In this document: positions 1 to 12,357 of the stretch, in pieces
How the letters are laid out: each line of letters opens with the position of its first letter
Numbering within the stretch: position 1 is the stretch's first letter
DNA from: Malacoraja senta
Taxonomy: Eukaryota
Assembly (NCBI GenBank): GCA_038087875.1
Contig: JAXLNO010005255.1
Location: 62,001 to 126,000, forward strand
DNA: 64,000 nucleotides
Direction of reading: 5' to 3'
Program-made: the position numbers and the translations under genes
The notes under the pieces: model-generated
What the model was told of the DNA's origin: nothing
Seen by the model: only the letters and a program-made list of their open reading frames with translations
Database searches by the model: none

Positions 1-66
1 CCTACTTCCACGTTTCTCCATCTCATCCCACAATATAATTATCATGATTGTACTCTCTTGTTGCAG

Positions 67-759
67 ATCATGGAACAGGCAAAGACAACGTCGGGCATGA
101 TCACCTCTTTCTCACAGCCAAGGACGTCCCATGAGAGAGTTGTGCATGCATATGCAATGTTCCTCAGGGAGGAGATGTTCTTAATCCCTGAGGAAAATTG
201 GCAACGTTATAGCATGGAGGGATTGTCCTTGGCAAGGGCGCACAGACTTCCGCAGCCAGTAAAATATTTAAATCAAAGTTCATTGAAATTAAAAAAGTTT
301 TAAATTAATGCCGTCTATGATTCATTTACTACTGTTTTCTTTGTGTTGCAGAGTCCGATAAGGCATATGCCATTAGTGCCACTGCAACAAAGGAGGATGC
401 CACCACAATATCCCCACCAGGTACACTGTGAAACATTTTTGAGTCTTCAGCCTGACTCATGATTTTCTCTAACACACAGCTTGTGAAAGGTTGTGATTTG
501 TTTTATATGATTTGTTTGGCACCGATACATATTGATACGCTTATGTGTTTTGCCCACAGGCAAGGATGGAATACCGTCCTGTGACATACCCCTGGATGGC
601 AGCCCCCCCCCCCCCCACTATGTCAGTGGACACACCCCACCGCAACATAGTTCATCACGTGGCATGGATAGTCTTGGGGAAGGCGAATTCCATGTACAAT
701 TTGAGGTTCCCGAAGATGGCACAAACTCCAGCACCGATGACGCAGACGTATATAATTAA
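67..759 (+). CDS. 3' exons of the Harbinger second gene (putative Myb/SANT/MADF-type accessory protein): exons 67-258, 352-420, 560-~759; 5' part lies outside the window
   Basis: Polypyrimidine-TGCAG/CACAG acceptors before 67, 352 and 560 and GT donors at 259 and 421. All junctions are phase 0 and splice into one frame (IMEQAKTTSG...RLPQP/SPIRHMPL...YPHQ/ARMEYRPVTYPW). The gene converges on a Harbinger transposase. A poly-C run near 605-618 makes the final frame ambiguous. The DNA-binding domain itself is not visible here. Confidence 0.55.
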
Positions 760-1299
760 TAAGAATGACATGTGCCGTAGGAGTGACGTTGCCCCCAAAA
801 TTCACTGTTGTGCCTGCTTGTGTGTTGCACATTACCGTTCAATTCACTGTTTTCTCACGACGTTATTTGTTTGCTTTCACTAATGAACAATGTTCTGTTG
901 AATTGCTTGTTTTTCAATATGTTAATTGTTTCCACTAAATAAACAGTTTAAATTTAATATAGTATTGTGGAAAAAAGTGTCTGTTAATCGCGGCGTAGAT
1001 CTCATATGGAAACAACCTGAAATGATGGAATGCATCTCACATACAAAATCATTGATTTATTAGAGAAATAAAACACAAACAGGCATAGAATAGCATTGAA
1101 TTACAAAAAAATTTCATTATAAGCCATGAAAATAATACAATGGCATTTAAGCCCTTTCAAGATCAGGCAACTTTAAAATAGGTGATGTAGGTGGTACTAT
1201 TAACACAGATTCAATAATTTCGCAATGTAAAACCATCCATCAACATACATAGATCGCACTTTTGTAAGATCTGGGGCCTTCATGATCGGGTACCTCTGC

Positions 1300-2442
1300 C
1301 GTGAAAACACAACCCTGACATCCCCTGTTTGCTTTTGATCCTCAAAACACATTGTCCTGGTGCGGATCAGGTTATGGAGGACACATGCCGCGTAGACAAT
1401 GGCCTGCACATTCTCGGGCTCCTGCTCCATTGTTGTAAGCAGGCATCTGAATCTGCTAGCAAGGATACCAAAAGCATTCTCCACTACCCTCCTAGCCCTG
1501 GACAGCCTGTAATTGAAGATCCTTTGCTCCCTTGACACCCCTCCTGTGAGGGTATGGCTTCATCATCCATGGCCTGAGTGCAAAGGCATCATCACCAACC
1601 AGTGCGTAGGGGATGTCAGGGATGTCAGGGTTGTCTTCTCCAGGCAGAGGTTCTGGATCCGGAAGGCCTGCTCTCCCTTCTTCCAATGCTTGCCCAAGGG
1701 AGGTCTCTCTCCAGATCCCTCCATCTGCGGCACTGCCAGGTGTGCCCACATTCACAAACATGAAGTTGTAGTTTGCATCTACCACAGCTAACAGCACGAT
1801 GGAATGGAACTTCTTGTAATTAAAGTACACAGAACCTCCCCCGGGTGGACACCGGATGGCCACATGCTTCCCGTCAACAGCCCCACATGTGTGCAGGAAG
1901 TTCCATCTGCTTTGAAAGCCGTGCGCCACACTCCTCCACCCGTCTGGTGTAGTTGGGCAGTCAATAAGCTCATCATATGTTTTGTTGATGGCATCACACG
2001 TCTCTCGGACTACACCGCTGATGGTGTTGTGAGCCACACGGAAGTTGTACGACAGGCTCTTGTAGGAATCCCCTGATGCAAGGTAGCGGAGGGTGATGGC
2101 TAGGCGCAGGCCTGGTTCCAGTGACTTCCGCATGACGGTGTCCATTTTCTGCAGTAGAGGTCCGACTCGTGTCTTGAGCTCCTGAAACAGGTCAGGCGGG
2201 ATCCTGGTGAAATTTCTAAAGGCAGCATGATCTACCCGCTGCAGATCCGTCATCATGGTCTCATACTGGCCCAAAGTAGGTCTCATCAGGAACAAAGGCC
2301 TCATCCACACAGACCTCTTCCTGGGCTTCTTCTTCATAACCTTCTTTGTTGAACTGCTGCACGGATGACCTGCAACCATGATGGCTGCTGCTAAGAGAAG
2401 ATTATGTTGGTGTAGCAGCAATGCAATGTCAATGTCTTCCAT
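1300..2442 (-). pseudogene. PIF/Harbinger DDE transposase (HARBI1-like, DDE_Tnp_4 type), frameshifted near 1540, 3' end rearranged
   Basis: ORF 1492-2481 contains RLAITLRYLASGDSY, GAVDGKHV, AADGGIW and [16 protein letters not shown]. The ORF 1200-1538 frame continues with [25 protein letters not shown]...ACVLHN. These are canonical Harbinger motifs. Likely start is MEDIDIALLL at 2442. Confidence 0.92.
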
Positions 2443-3652
2443 TGTGCAGTAGTTTACAGGTCCTAATCGAGTTTGCTGCAAGATTAAGAGAGAATAAGTG
2501 TGAATATTCCGAAAATTTTTACGTGTGGAGAGTTGACAGGTCTTTGTGGGCCAAAGGACCTGTTCCTGTGTTATACTGTTCTATGTTCATGGTCTCTCTA
2601 AGAAAATGGTTCTCAGATTTACAAACTCCATGCAGACAACCACGAGTGACCACTGATTTATTTTTGTATATACATCATCCTATTGTTATTACTAACTTTG
2701 TTATTGCTGGTCTACAATTGTTAGACCCTAACCCCTTTGTAAAATTGACTTTTATAAAACACATTTCTATAACACATGTTGTTTTAAGAACAAAAAATAG
2801 CCAGCGACTTCTGTTTACCTGAAATAAAGATGGCGTCAGGCTCGAGCTTTCCAGACTCTGCTCCAAATGGCGTCAGGCCCGAGCTTGACTCCTCTCAAAA
2901 TGGACGTCCCCCTCCCTCCTTCCCTCCAAATATGCTTATTTCCTTAAGAATGTAAACATGTTCTACTCAACTGATGAAATAAAGATCTTTTGGGCAATTC
3001 TAAAGCTAACTATGGCCTGTCTCACGAGTCTGTGGTCATTTATAAAATAGACTTTTATAAAACACATTCCTTTACTTTTTGTTTACCTGAAATAAAGATG
3101 GCGTCAGGCTCGAGATTTCAAGACTCTGCTCCAAATGGCGTCAGGCTCGAGCTTGAAAAAAAAATGGACGTTCCCCTCCCTCCGTCCCTCCCGTCAAAGT
3201 CCGGGATCGCATGCTCGTTCGACAGGCCGTGCGATGATCACCCGACGTACGTGCAACAAAAGCTTCTGGTAAATCAACATTTTTTTTAACCTACCGCAAG
3301 CACGTGGGACCCGCCCTATTTGATTCACTCGGCCCCCGCGCAGCATCCGCGCGATGCTCCGGTGGATAGGCTCGACGCTCTCGCCGTTGCCGCGCGGACC
3401 TCGCTACCGTCTACACCGCGCTTCACCGCCGATGACCGCAAACAGGTAAGACACGGCCTTTACCCTGTGATTCCAAAGTCATACATTGCGCCACATTTTG
3501 GAATAAAAGGTCGCCCATTTGATTGATTGATACTTTATTACCATATGTGTCATGTCACAGTGAAATTCTTTGTTTTGCATGACATACAACGAGTCACCAT
3601 GTATAGGGTGTCGACACAGTTACAAAGTAATCATTACAGTCCCCAATGGTCC

Positions 3653-3890
3653 CTCTTTGTTCTCGGCAGCCCCTCCATGTTGGGTTCACCTGTGTTATCC
3701 GCGCCCCCCCCCCCCCAACCCCAGGACCATCTTTGTTCTCGGCAGCCCCTCCATGTTGGGTTCACCTGTGTTATCAACGGCCCCCCAACCCCGGGACCAT
3801 CTTTGTTCTCGGCAGCCACTCCATGTTGGGTTCACCTGTATTATCAGCCCCCCCCCCCCCACCCCGAGACCCTCTTTGTTCTCGGCAGTC
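3653..3890. repeat. Tandem repeat of ~70-76 bp, ~3.3 copies, with a variable poly-C run
   Basis: Unit ctctttgttctcggcagcccctccatgttgggttcacctgtgttatc...ccccc recurs at ~3653, 3729, 3799 and 3872. Confidence 0.9.
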
Positions 3891-6097
3891 CTCCCTTGCC
3901 AGGTTCTTCTTTAAAATAGCTACGAAGAAGATTTATTTTCCAGGAGGTGTATGATTTGCCTGAACATTCTATTCCAGCTGTGAAGACAAGGTGAATGAAT
4001 ATTTTCCAGGTTGAGATATAGAGAGTTTTAGATCAGAAATGAATCAAAGGTAGCAGGAATAATGCAGTAAACTGATCGAAATCAGATTGGACATAATGTT
4101 ATTGAATGATGCAGTCTGTTCAAGGGGGCTTACAGCTGATTATTAATCTTATTTTATATAAAACATAAAAATGTTCATCTCAGGAAGAGGCCCTTTGGCC
4201 CACAATGTCTGTGGTGAACATGATGAGATGCTAAACTGATCCCATCCAACTGCAACATGATCCATATCCCTCTATTTCCTGCAGATCAGTTTGTCAATCT
4301 AAAAGCCTCTCAAACATCATATACATATCTTGCCTGAGATAGACACAAAAAGCTGGAGAAACTCACCGGATCTGACAGCATCTCGGGATACAAGACATAG
4401 GTGACATTTCAGGATGAGACCCTTGTTCAGACTCCAGAAATGCTGTTTGACCCGCTGAGTTACTCCAGCTTTTTGAGCCTATCTTTGGTTTAAACCTGCA
4501 TCTGCAGTTCGTTCCTAGTTATTTTGCCACTTCTCTTTGTCACATACTGTAAGCTGCATTCCTTGTTCACATACCTGATGGTGTAGTGGAGAAGTAATTG
4601 CCTTTGCATTTAATGCTTCACTCAGTGCTTCAAGTATTTGATGGGCCAGTCAACAAGGATCTTTGTTTTCAATACGAACCATGCTCTACACCACAGCTTA
4701 CATAATATTGCTTAGTTTAGTTGAGTTATACAGCATGGATGCAGAGCCTTCAGCTCATCGAGTTGATACCAACCATCCAACACACCAGTTCTATGTTATC
4801 CCTCTTTCACATCTGCTTTCCATACACTAGAGCAATTTTACAAAGGCCAACTCACCTACAAACCTGTACATCATTGAGATGTGCGAGGAAACCGGAGTAC
4901 CGGGAGAAATCCCACGTGGTCACAGGGAGCACATGCAAACTCCACATAGACAACATCCCAGTACCATGTCCAGTGAATATTTATGGAACATGGTAACGTA
5001 TGGGGGCTGTGTTTTGTTGACCTGACAGAGCACTGGGAACAATACTCATTATCAAAGATGTGGTGTAATAGCTGTGGAAGTGTTTTATGTGCAACAGACT
5101 GAGAATTTCATTGTATATCCACCAGTGTCATTTCTGAATTATGAGCATTTAATAAAATACTTTTGAATGAGTTTTACCAAGACGTTAGCATGCTATATAC
5201 TTGTTTTGTCATTGTTAATACTACAGACAGCTATTTACTCTATCATAAGTTCATAAGATCAAAAGTGATAGGAACAGAATTAGGCCATTCGTCCCATCTA
5301 CTTAGCTGTAAGGAGACACACTCTCTACAGTAACTTTCTCACATGACTGAACTTTGAGGATCAGTTTGCACATGGTATGTTTGAGAGCTATTTCCATTTA
5401 CTGGGAGACATCACAGCCTAGCCTGAACTAGACTGCATGCTACTCCATAGTTAAGGGCGAGAACAAGGCTTTTTGTCTGTCAGTCTGATATTGATTACAG
5501 TTGAATTCAGGAAACCCAATACCAAGCACAGCCTTTCACGAGGAAAAGCAAACAAATTGTGGCATTTACTTCAAGAAATACTCACTCTCCCTATTGGACA
5601 ATGTTAATGAATTCTGTTTCAAACAATGAGTTCAAACCATGCTAAACAAGTCCAAAACATTCTTAATGTAAACAAAGGAACTGCAGATGCTGGTTTAAGC
5701 CGAAGATAGACACAACATGTTGTAGTAACTCACAGGCACAGGCAGCATCTCTGGATGGAAGGAATGGGTGATGTTTTGGGTTGAGATCCATTGGGGGGAA
5801 AAATCCTCCTGGCCTATGTGTAAATCGCATGTCAATGAGAATGGAGATGTTGACTGTGAAATGTGAGTCAGTGGGATTTGGATGGAAATGTGAACTTATA
5901 AAATTTAAAAGTAGTCTATTGGATCTGAACACATCTTGGTCTGAAGTAGGGTCTCGACCCACAATGTCACCCATTCCTTCTCTCTAGAGATGCTGCCTGT
6001 GAGTTACTCCAGCATTTTGTGTCTGTCTTCCGTGTAAACTGGCAGTTCCTTCCAGCACATTTGGTATGTGAATCAGTATTGTGTGACTGGCTAATAT

Positions 6098-6225
6098 TTT
6101 GAATGGGGGTGTTCTTCAGAATGGTGTTGGTGGGTGCATTTTTGAATGGGGTATGTGATTCAGAATGGTGTGAATGGAGGAATTTTTGAACGGGGCATGT
6201 GATTCAAAATGGTGTGAACAGATCA
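6098..6225. repeat. Degenerate ~43-bp tandem repeat, 3 copies
   Basis: ttttgaatggggtatgtgattcagaatggtgtg-like unit at ~6098, 6141 and 6184. Confidence 0.65.
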
Positions 6226-6769
6226 AGCTTATCAATGACAGCTACATTTATGCAATTAATCTATATTTATCATATCTAATTTTATAACATAAATATGAAC
6301 TTCAAATTGAATTAATTACGTTCCACCCTGTTACTTGATCTTTTAGATAGTTGAGAAGATATTGAAAGAGTGCCTTGTTCACTCAAGACCCCAGGCAATA
6401 GTGGACAGTTTATCAGCAAACACTTGGCCCAGTGCCTGAGGTGCTCCAGTCACTAAGTGATGGAAATGTATTTGTCATTCCACAAATCTCACATTGTGTA
6501 AGAGGTTGGGGCTGGAGTCTCAGCCCAACAGATCAGTCAGAAGAGGTACAGGTACAGAGGCAGGGTGAATGTGTGCTTTGTAGACTATCAAATACAGAAT
6601 ATTACAGGTCAGGAACTCACCCTTTGGCCCACAATGTACATGCCGAATGTAATGCCAAGATAAACTGACCTAGTCGAATGCAAACAGAAATTTTACATTC
6701 GATGAACTCTTTCACATCATACAACCCATCTCCAATGAAAATTATCTCCTTCCTTCCATGACTTTTAAA

Positions 6770-8290
6770 CATAGAAACATAAGTGCAGGAGGAGGCCATT
6801 CGGCCCTTCGAGCCAGCACCGCCATTCATTATGATCATGGCTGATCATCCCCTATCAATAACCCATGCCTGCCTTGTCCCCATATCCCTTGACTCCACTA
6901 GCCCCTAGAGCTCTATCTAACTCTCTCTTAAATCCATCCCGTGATTTGGCCTCCACTGCCCTCTGTGGCAGGGAATTCCATAAATTCACAACTCTCTGGG
7001 TGAAAAAGATTTTTCTCACCTCAGTCTTAAATGACCTCCCCTTTATTCTAAGACTGTGGCCCCTGGTTTAGTTATGGAGTCATGGAGTGATACAGTTTTG
7101 GAACAGGCCCTTTGGCCCAACTTGTCCACAACGGCCAACATGTCCCAGCTACACTAGCCCCATCTGCCTGCCTTTGGTCCATATCCCTCCAAACCTGTCA
7201 TATTAATGTACCTGTCTAACTGTTTCTTAAACGAGGGGATAGTCCCAGCCTCAATTACCTCCTCTGGGAGCTTGTTCCATACACCCACCACACTTTGTGT
7301 GAAAAAGTTACCTTTCGGACTCCTATTAAATCTTTTCCCATTGACCTTGAAACTATGTCATCTGGTCCTCGATTCCCCTACTCTGGGCAAAAGACTCTGT
7401 GCATCTACCCGAACTATTCCTCTCATGGTTTTGTATACCTCTTACAAGATCACCCCTCATCCTCCTGCGCTCCAAGGAATAGAGACCCAGCCTACTCAAC
7501 CTCTCCCTATAACTCACACCCTCTAGTCCTGGCAACATCCTTGTAAATATTTTCTGACCAGTTTCAACCTTCACAATATATTTCCTATAACATGGTGCCC
7601 AGAACTGAAACAATATTCTAAATGCGGTCTCACCAACGTCTTATACGACTGCAACATGACCTCCCAACTTCTGTACTCATTATTCTGACTGATGAAGGAC
7701 AATGTGCCAAAAGCCTTTTTGACCACCTTATCTACCTGTGACTCGACATTTAAGGAACCTTGCACTTGTACTCCTAGATCCCTCTCCTCTCAACACTCCC
7801 CAGAGACCGACTATTTACTGTGTTAGACGTCCCAAAAAGCAACACCTCACACTTCTCTGTATTAAATTCCATCAACCATTCCTCGGCCCACTGGCCAATC
7901 GATCCAGATCCTGCTGCAATCGTTCACAACCATTGTCTACCTGCAATCATTCACAACCATCTTCACTATCTGCAAAACCACTCACTTGCGTATCATCAGC
8001 AAACTCGCTAATCTTGGATAATTATATCATCCAAATCAATTATGTAGATGACAAACAGTAACGGGCCCAGCACCGAACCCTGAGTCACACCACTAGTCAC
8101 ACCAATCAGTGAAGCAACCTTCCACCATCATCCTCTGCTTCCTTCCATGGAGCCATTTGCTATCCATTCAGCTATCTCTCCTTGGATCTCATGTGATCAA
8201 ATCTTCCAGAGCAGCCTACCATGCGGAGCCTTTTCGAATACCTTTCTGAAATCCATGTACAAAACATCTACAGCTCTGTAGAGCTTCCAC
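6770..8290 (-). mobile_element. Two CR1-clade LINE 3' fragments (6770-7075 and 7080-8290)
   Basis: Minus-strand ORFs give LVRPHLEYC, LPGLEGVSYRERLSRLGLYSLERRRMRGDL (CR1 RT C-terminus). 3' tails are (TTCTATGT)n and (CTATGACT)n. Confidence 0.85.
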
Positions 8291-10149
8291 AGCTTGAGTT
8301 GTGCAAAGTCATGGAGAACACATCTCCGGTCAGTCAGCTAATTTCCATTGTGTTCAGTGTGTTGGACTGAGGGAGAAAAATGGGATTAAAGGATGAGATT
8401 CGTTCTCCAGTTGCTGTGATACATTGTAAATGGATCGATTGTAATGTGTATGAAGGAACTGCAGATACTGGTTTAAACTGAAGATAGACATAAAAAAGCT
8501 GGAGTAACTCAGCGGGGCAGGCAGCATCTCTGGAGAGAAGAATTGAAGAAGGGTCTCAACCTGAAACGTCACCCATTCCTTCTCTCCAGAGATGCTGCCT
8601 GTCCTGCTGAGTTACTCCAGCTTTATGTGTCTATCTTCAGATCGATTACAATCATGTATTGACTTTCTGCTGACTGGTTAGCACACAACAAAAGCTTTTC
8701 ACTGTAAACAGCTTTCACTATTTCACAATAAACTAAACTGAACTGAGACTATTAATACTTCATACCTGTGCATAAACCTGGGCAAATGAATTTTAAAATA
8801 ATTCTTGTCTATAACCTGCTTATGTATTCAAGTGACAGTGGGTGCATTGATTCAATGGTTCAATGGTACTTTATTGTCACATATACCTGGGTTCAGTGAA
8901 ATTACTTTTTGCCTACAGTTCTGTCAAACATTTACAATCCACAAGGACAATCATACTTTAGTACAAGACTACAGGAAATATAGATTACATTGAGACAATA
9001 CACAAGAGTTACCACATTTCCACTAACATTTTGCATAAATCAAAACTCCAAAGTTGTAAACAATGTAGAGATTTAACTTGACCTTATAACCTATTGCTTT
9101 GGTGGCAGCACTGGTTTGGAGCTGCAGGGTTTAGCCCACATTATTTGGTATTAGTGTAAAGTTCACAATATCAGGATTAATCTTGCATGGAACAGACACT
9201 GGTCCACGGCCCTAACTTGAATCTGACTTTATGAAATAATTGAGCATTGTACACTTGACCTGACATTCCTTATCAAGATTACTAGAAGCGACAACCTGCC
9301 CAGCCAATGTTACCTCAAAGTGACTATGAGTGTGATGAACATGGATTGACTTGGAACGTTTCCTGAAAGATCAGCACACATTGAAATGATAACGCAATCA
9401 ACTGTTATTCAATGCGTAGATTACTTTGCCCAGAGTAGGGGAATCGAGGACCAGAGGACATAGGTTCAAGGTGAAGGCGAAAAGATTCAATAGGTATCCG
9501 ACGGGTACACAAAGGGTGGTGGGTTTATGGAACAAGCTGCCATAGGAGGGAGTTGAGGCTGGGACTATGCTATTGTTTAAGAAACAGTTGGACGTACATG
9601 GATAGGACAGGTTTGGGGGGGATATGGACCAATCGCAGGCAAGTGGGACCGGTGTAGCTGGGACATTGGTGGCCGGTGTGGGCGAGTTGGGCCGAAGGAC
9701 CTGTTTCCAAACTGTATCACTCTATGACTCTATGATATTATTACTAAAATTAATTAACGACAATCAAGTAGATTGTTTGAAGCTGTTCCCATTCCTTATG
9801 CAGATACCAAGTAACCCAATCAAGGTAAATCAATGTTAGGTGCCTGGAAAATGTAGAGTACTCAGTAATCAAGATCTGGGACTTTAGTGACCTTCCTTCC
9901 TTCCTTCCATTATAAAGTCAAAAGTGATTGTCTGTTGTTGATTGCACAATGCTCAATTTCATTTCCTCGTTTAGTCACTGCACCACAAGCTTTAACCAGC
10001 GACAAAACACACTGCAGATACGTGTCATCTAGCCCATCAGAACATTCCAAACTCAACATCTCAAGCACAAGAACAACAAGGTCAGCAGATGTGTGAGAAC
10101 CTGACCTGGGATCCATCCTGACTTAGAATTGAATCACCATTTGTTCATA

Positions 10150-10455
10150 ATTGAGTTTGGTTTAGAGATATGTCATGCCGGCAGTTCGAAATAAACAGGT
10201 CGGGAGAGGGTAGAAGGCCGGCACAGGGGGTCATAGAGGAGGGGGAATGTTGGATACGGAGGACGGTGTTTTCATTGGGAGGTGAGGACTCCTTCCCGTA
10301 GAAAAAGGCTCGGAAGCGGAGGCAACTGAAGAAGAGCTCTACATCATGGTAAGCCCTGAACTCGTTGAAGTGGGGGTGTAGGGATACAAAGGTAAGGCCT
10401 CTGTTGAAGACTGACTGTTCTGTATCAGAAGGAAGTCGCAGGGGGGGGGGAAGGA
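10150..10455 (-). mobile_element. Penelope-like element ORF, N-terminal fragment
   Basis: EQSVFNRGLTFVSLHPHFNEFRAYHDVELFFSCLRFRAFF resembles the L(S/N)(K/R)GL(T/S)F(V/C)P N-terminal region of vertebrate Penelope ORFs. Confidence 0.6.
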
Positions 10456-10759
10456 TCCCAGACAGCTCTACCATACATTGTAGGGGCCAATGGCCGAAAG
10501 CTGGGACTGCAAACCATGTGAGTTGATGTCTTTGGCCGGCTGGTGGCCGGTGACGAGGCGAGGATCGGCGGAGTCAATGGGCCCACGACGGGCTAGAGTA
10601 CAGGTGAAGGTTGGAGGCAAGCATGGCCTGGAAGCTTTGTGGGCCGATGGTGGCATCGGCAACAGTGTCAGTAGGTCAGGCCTGGAAGCTCCATTAACCA
10701 TTCTTCAGCCCACTTGTCTCACTGATCAAGATCCAGCTGTAATTTTTGATAACTATGTT

Positions 10760-11470
10760 CACTGTTTATGATACCAACTATGTCAATGTCATCTGCAAAG
10801 TTTCTAATCATGCTGCACATTTTCATCTAAGTTGCTCATATAAACCATCAGCAATGGGCCCAGCACTGAACCCTGAGGGACACCTCTAGTCACAGGCCTC
10901 CTGTGTGAAAAGCACTTCCACTATCACCCTATGCTTCCTTCCATGAACCTAATTCATTGGTTAGGCAGCTAGTTCTCCCTGAATGCCATGAGCTCTAATC
11001 ATCAAGGGCAGCCTACCATGCAGAAACTTATCAAAGGCCTTGCTGAAGACCATATGCACAATGTCTATGACCTTATCATCATCAACCTTCTTGGTTACTT
11101 TTTCCAAAAACTACCAGATTGGTGAGGCATGATCTCCCATGTCCAAAACCACGCTGACCAGCCCCCGTCTCTCCAAATGCATATTTATCTTCTCTCTCTG
11201 AATCTTCTCCAGTAACTTACCTACCGCAGATTGTAGGCCCACTGATTTATAGTTTCTAGGTTTTGCCCTGTAGTCCTTCTTAAATAGATGCACAACAATT
11301 GCCAACCTCCAGTTATCCGGCACCTCACCCATGTCTAACAATGATTCATATCTCTCAATCAGGGCGCTTGCAATTTCTTCTCTAGCTCCCCACATTGTCC
11401 TCTGATATATGTGATCAGGTCTGGGTGAATTATCTACTTTCATATGTCTTAGGATTTCCAGCACATCATG
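10760..11470 (-). mobile_element. Degenerate CR1 LINE RT fragment
   Basis: KVDNSPRPDHIY...EVPDNWRLAIVVHLFKK..RAKPRNYKSVGL.S.VGKLLEKI matches the CR1 ORF2 region before the RT core. Confidence 0.8.
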
Positions 11471-11634
11471 TAGAAGGTACAGGAGCCTTAAAACTGTAAC
11501 GCCAGGTTCAGGAATAACTTCTACCCTACAGCCTTTAGGCTATTAAACACTACAGCCTTAAACAAGCTCTTAACTACATAGACTATTATTGTTATTGTTG
11601 CACCATTATTGTTTGTTTTTTGTGTGTACATACG

Positions 11635-11722
11635 AGTGAGTGTGTGTGTATATATATATATATATATATGAATATGATCTGTATATATGTGTATTTGTGA
11701 GTATGTGTATATATATACACAC
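11635..11722. repeat. (TG)n/(TA)n compound microsatellite
   Basis: tgtgtgtgtatatatatatatatatatg...tgtatatatatacacac. Confidence 0.9.
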
Positions 11723-11827
11723 CCAGATATTTTTATTTCTTGTTTCTTATATTGTTTACAGTGTACTATGTTTACATATTCTGTTGTGCTTGCTGCAAGT
11801 AAGAATGTCATTGTTCTATCTAGGACA

Positions 11828-12357
11828 TCTCTATATAACTAAAAGTCTTTGGCTTGTTTGTGCCCACGGTGTGTCTCTGTGTGTGTCAATCTGGTTAATT
11901 CCTATCTTCTTCCTAATGCTAGGCCACAGCTTTCTCATTTTCACACGTCGTACTCACATTTTTCCCGTGGTGGCGATAAACATCTTCCCGTCACATTTCC
12001 ACCTATATTTCCGAAGTTATTAATCGTTAAATTTTTTTAAACAGTCTGATTTCTTCAAACTCTTCCATTTTGGAAACAAAATCCGAGTGACTTCACAATG
12101 CACTCGCAAGGTAGGACAGGGCCACTCCAGGAGGGATGGGCACTCCAGTGCTCCAACCCTCCCTCCCCCCTCCCCACCCCCCTCCAGTGCACCAATCACG
12201 ATGGGCTCTCAAGCTGCCGAGTGCCACACCCCCTGCCCCCTCCCCCTCATCATGATTAAAGTTTTTTTTAAAGCCAAACGGGTTGCGTTGGGGGAACGGA
12301 TGAGTGCTGGAATATTTTGTCGGGGGGAGCAGACCCGATCTGCACTTGGTCTAGTAT
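11828..12357 (-). mobile_element. Possible non-autonomous Helitron/Helentron-like element
   Basis: On the minus strand it begins atactagaccaagtgcagatcgggtctgc (short subterminal hairpin) and ends ttttagttatatagag. These ends resemble HINE/DINE-type elements. No coding content. Confidence 0.35.

Larger units (their letters stand above)
1..3459 (-). mobile_element. Harbinger DNA transposon, one end at 3459; other end outside the window
   Basis: Transposase plus convergent spliced gene. Terminal sequence 3421-3459 (reverse complement aggccgtgtcttacctgtttgcggtcatcggcggtgaag) is followed by TTA and matches the TIRs of the MITE at 32524-33169. Confidence 0.75.

Noticed and set aside
4570-4660. Minus-strand CAG|GTATGT donor with a short open frame (LAHQILEALSEALNAK…)
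   Set aside because: No convincing acceptor or homology; expected by chance.
6346-6450. Possible terminal exon (IVEKILKECLVHSRPQ…) after ttttag
   Set aside because: Short, with no recognisable homology and no partner exons.
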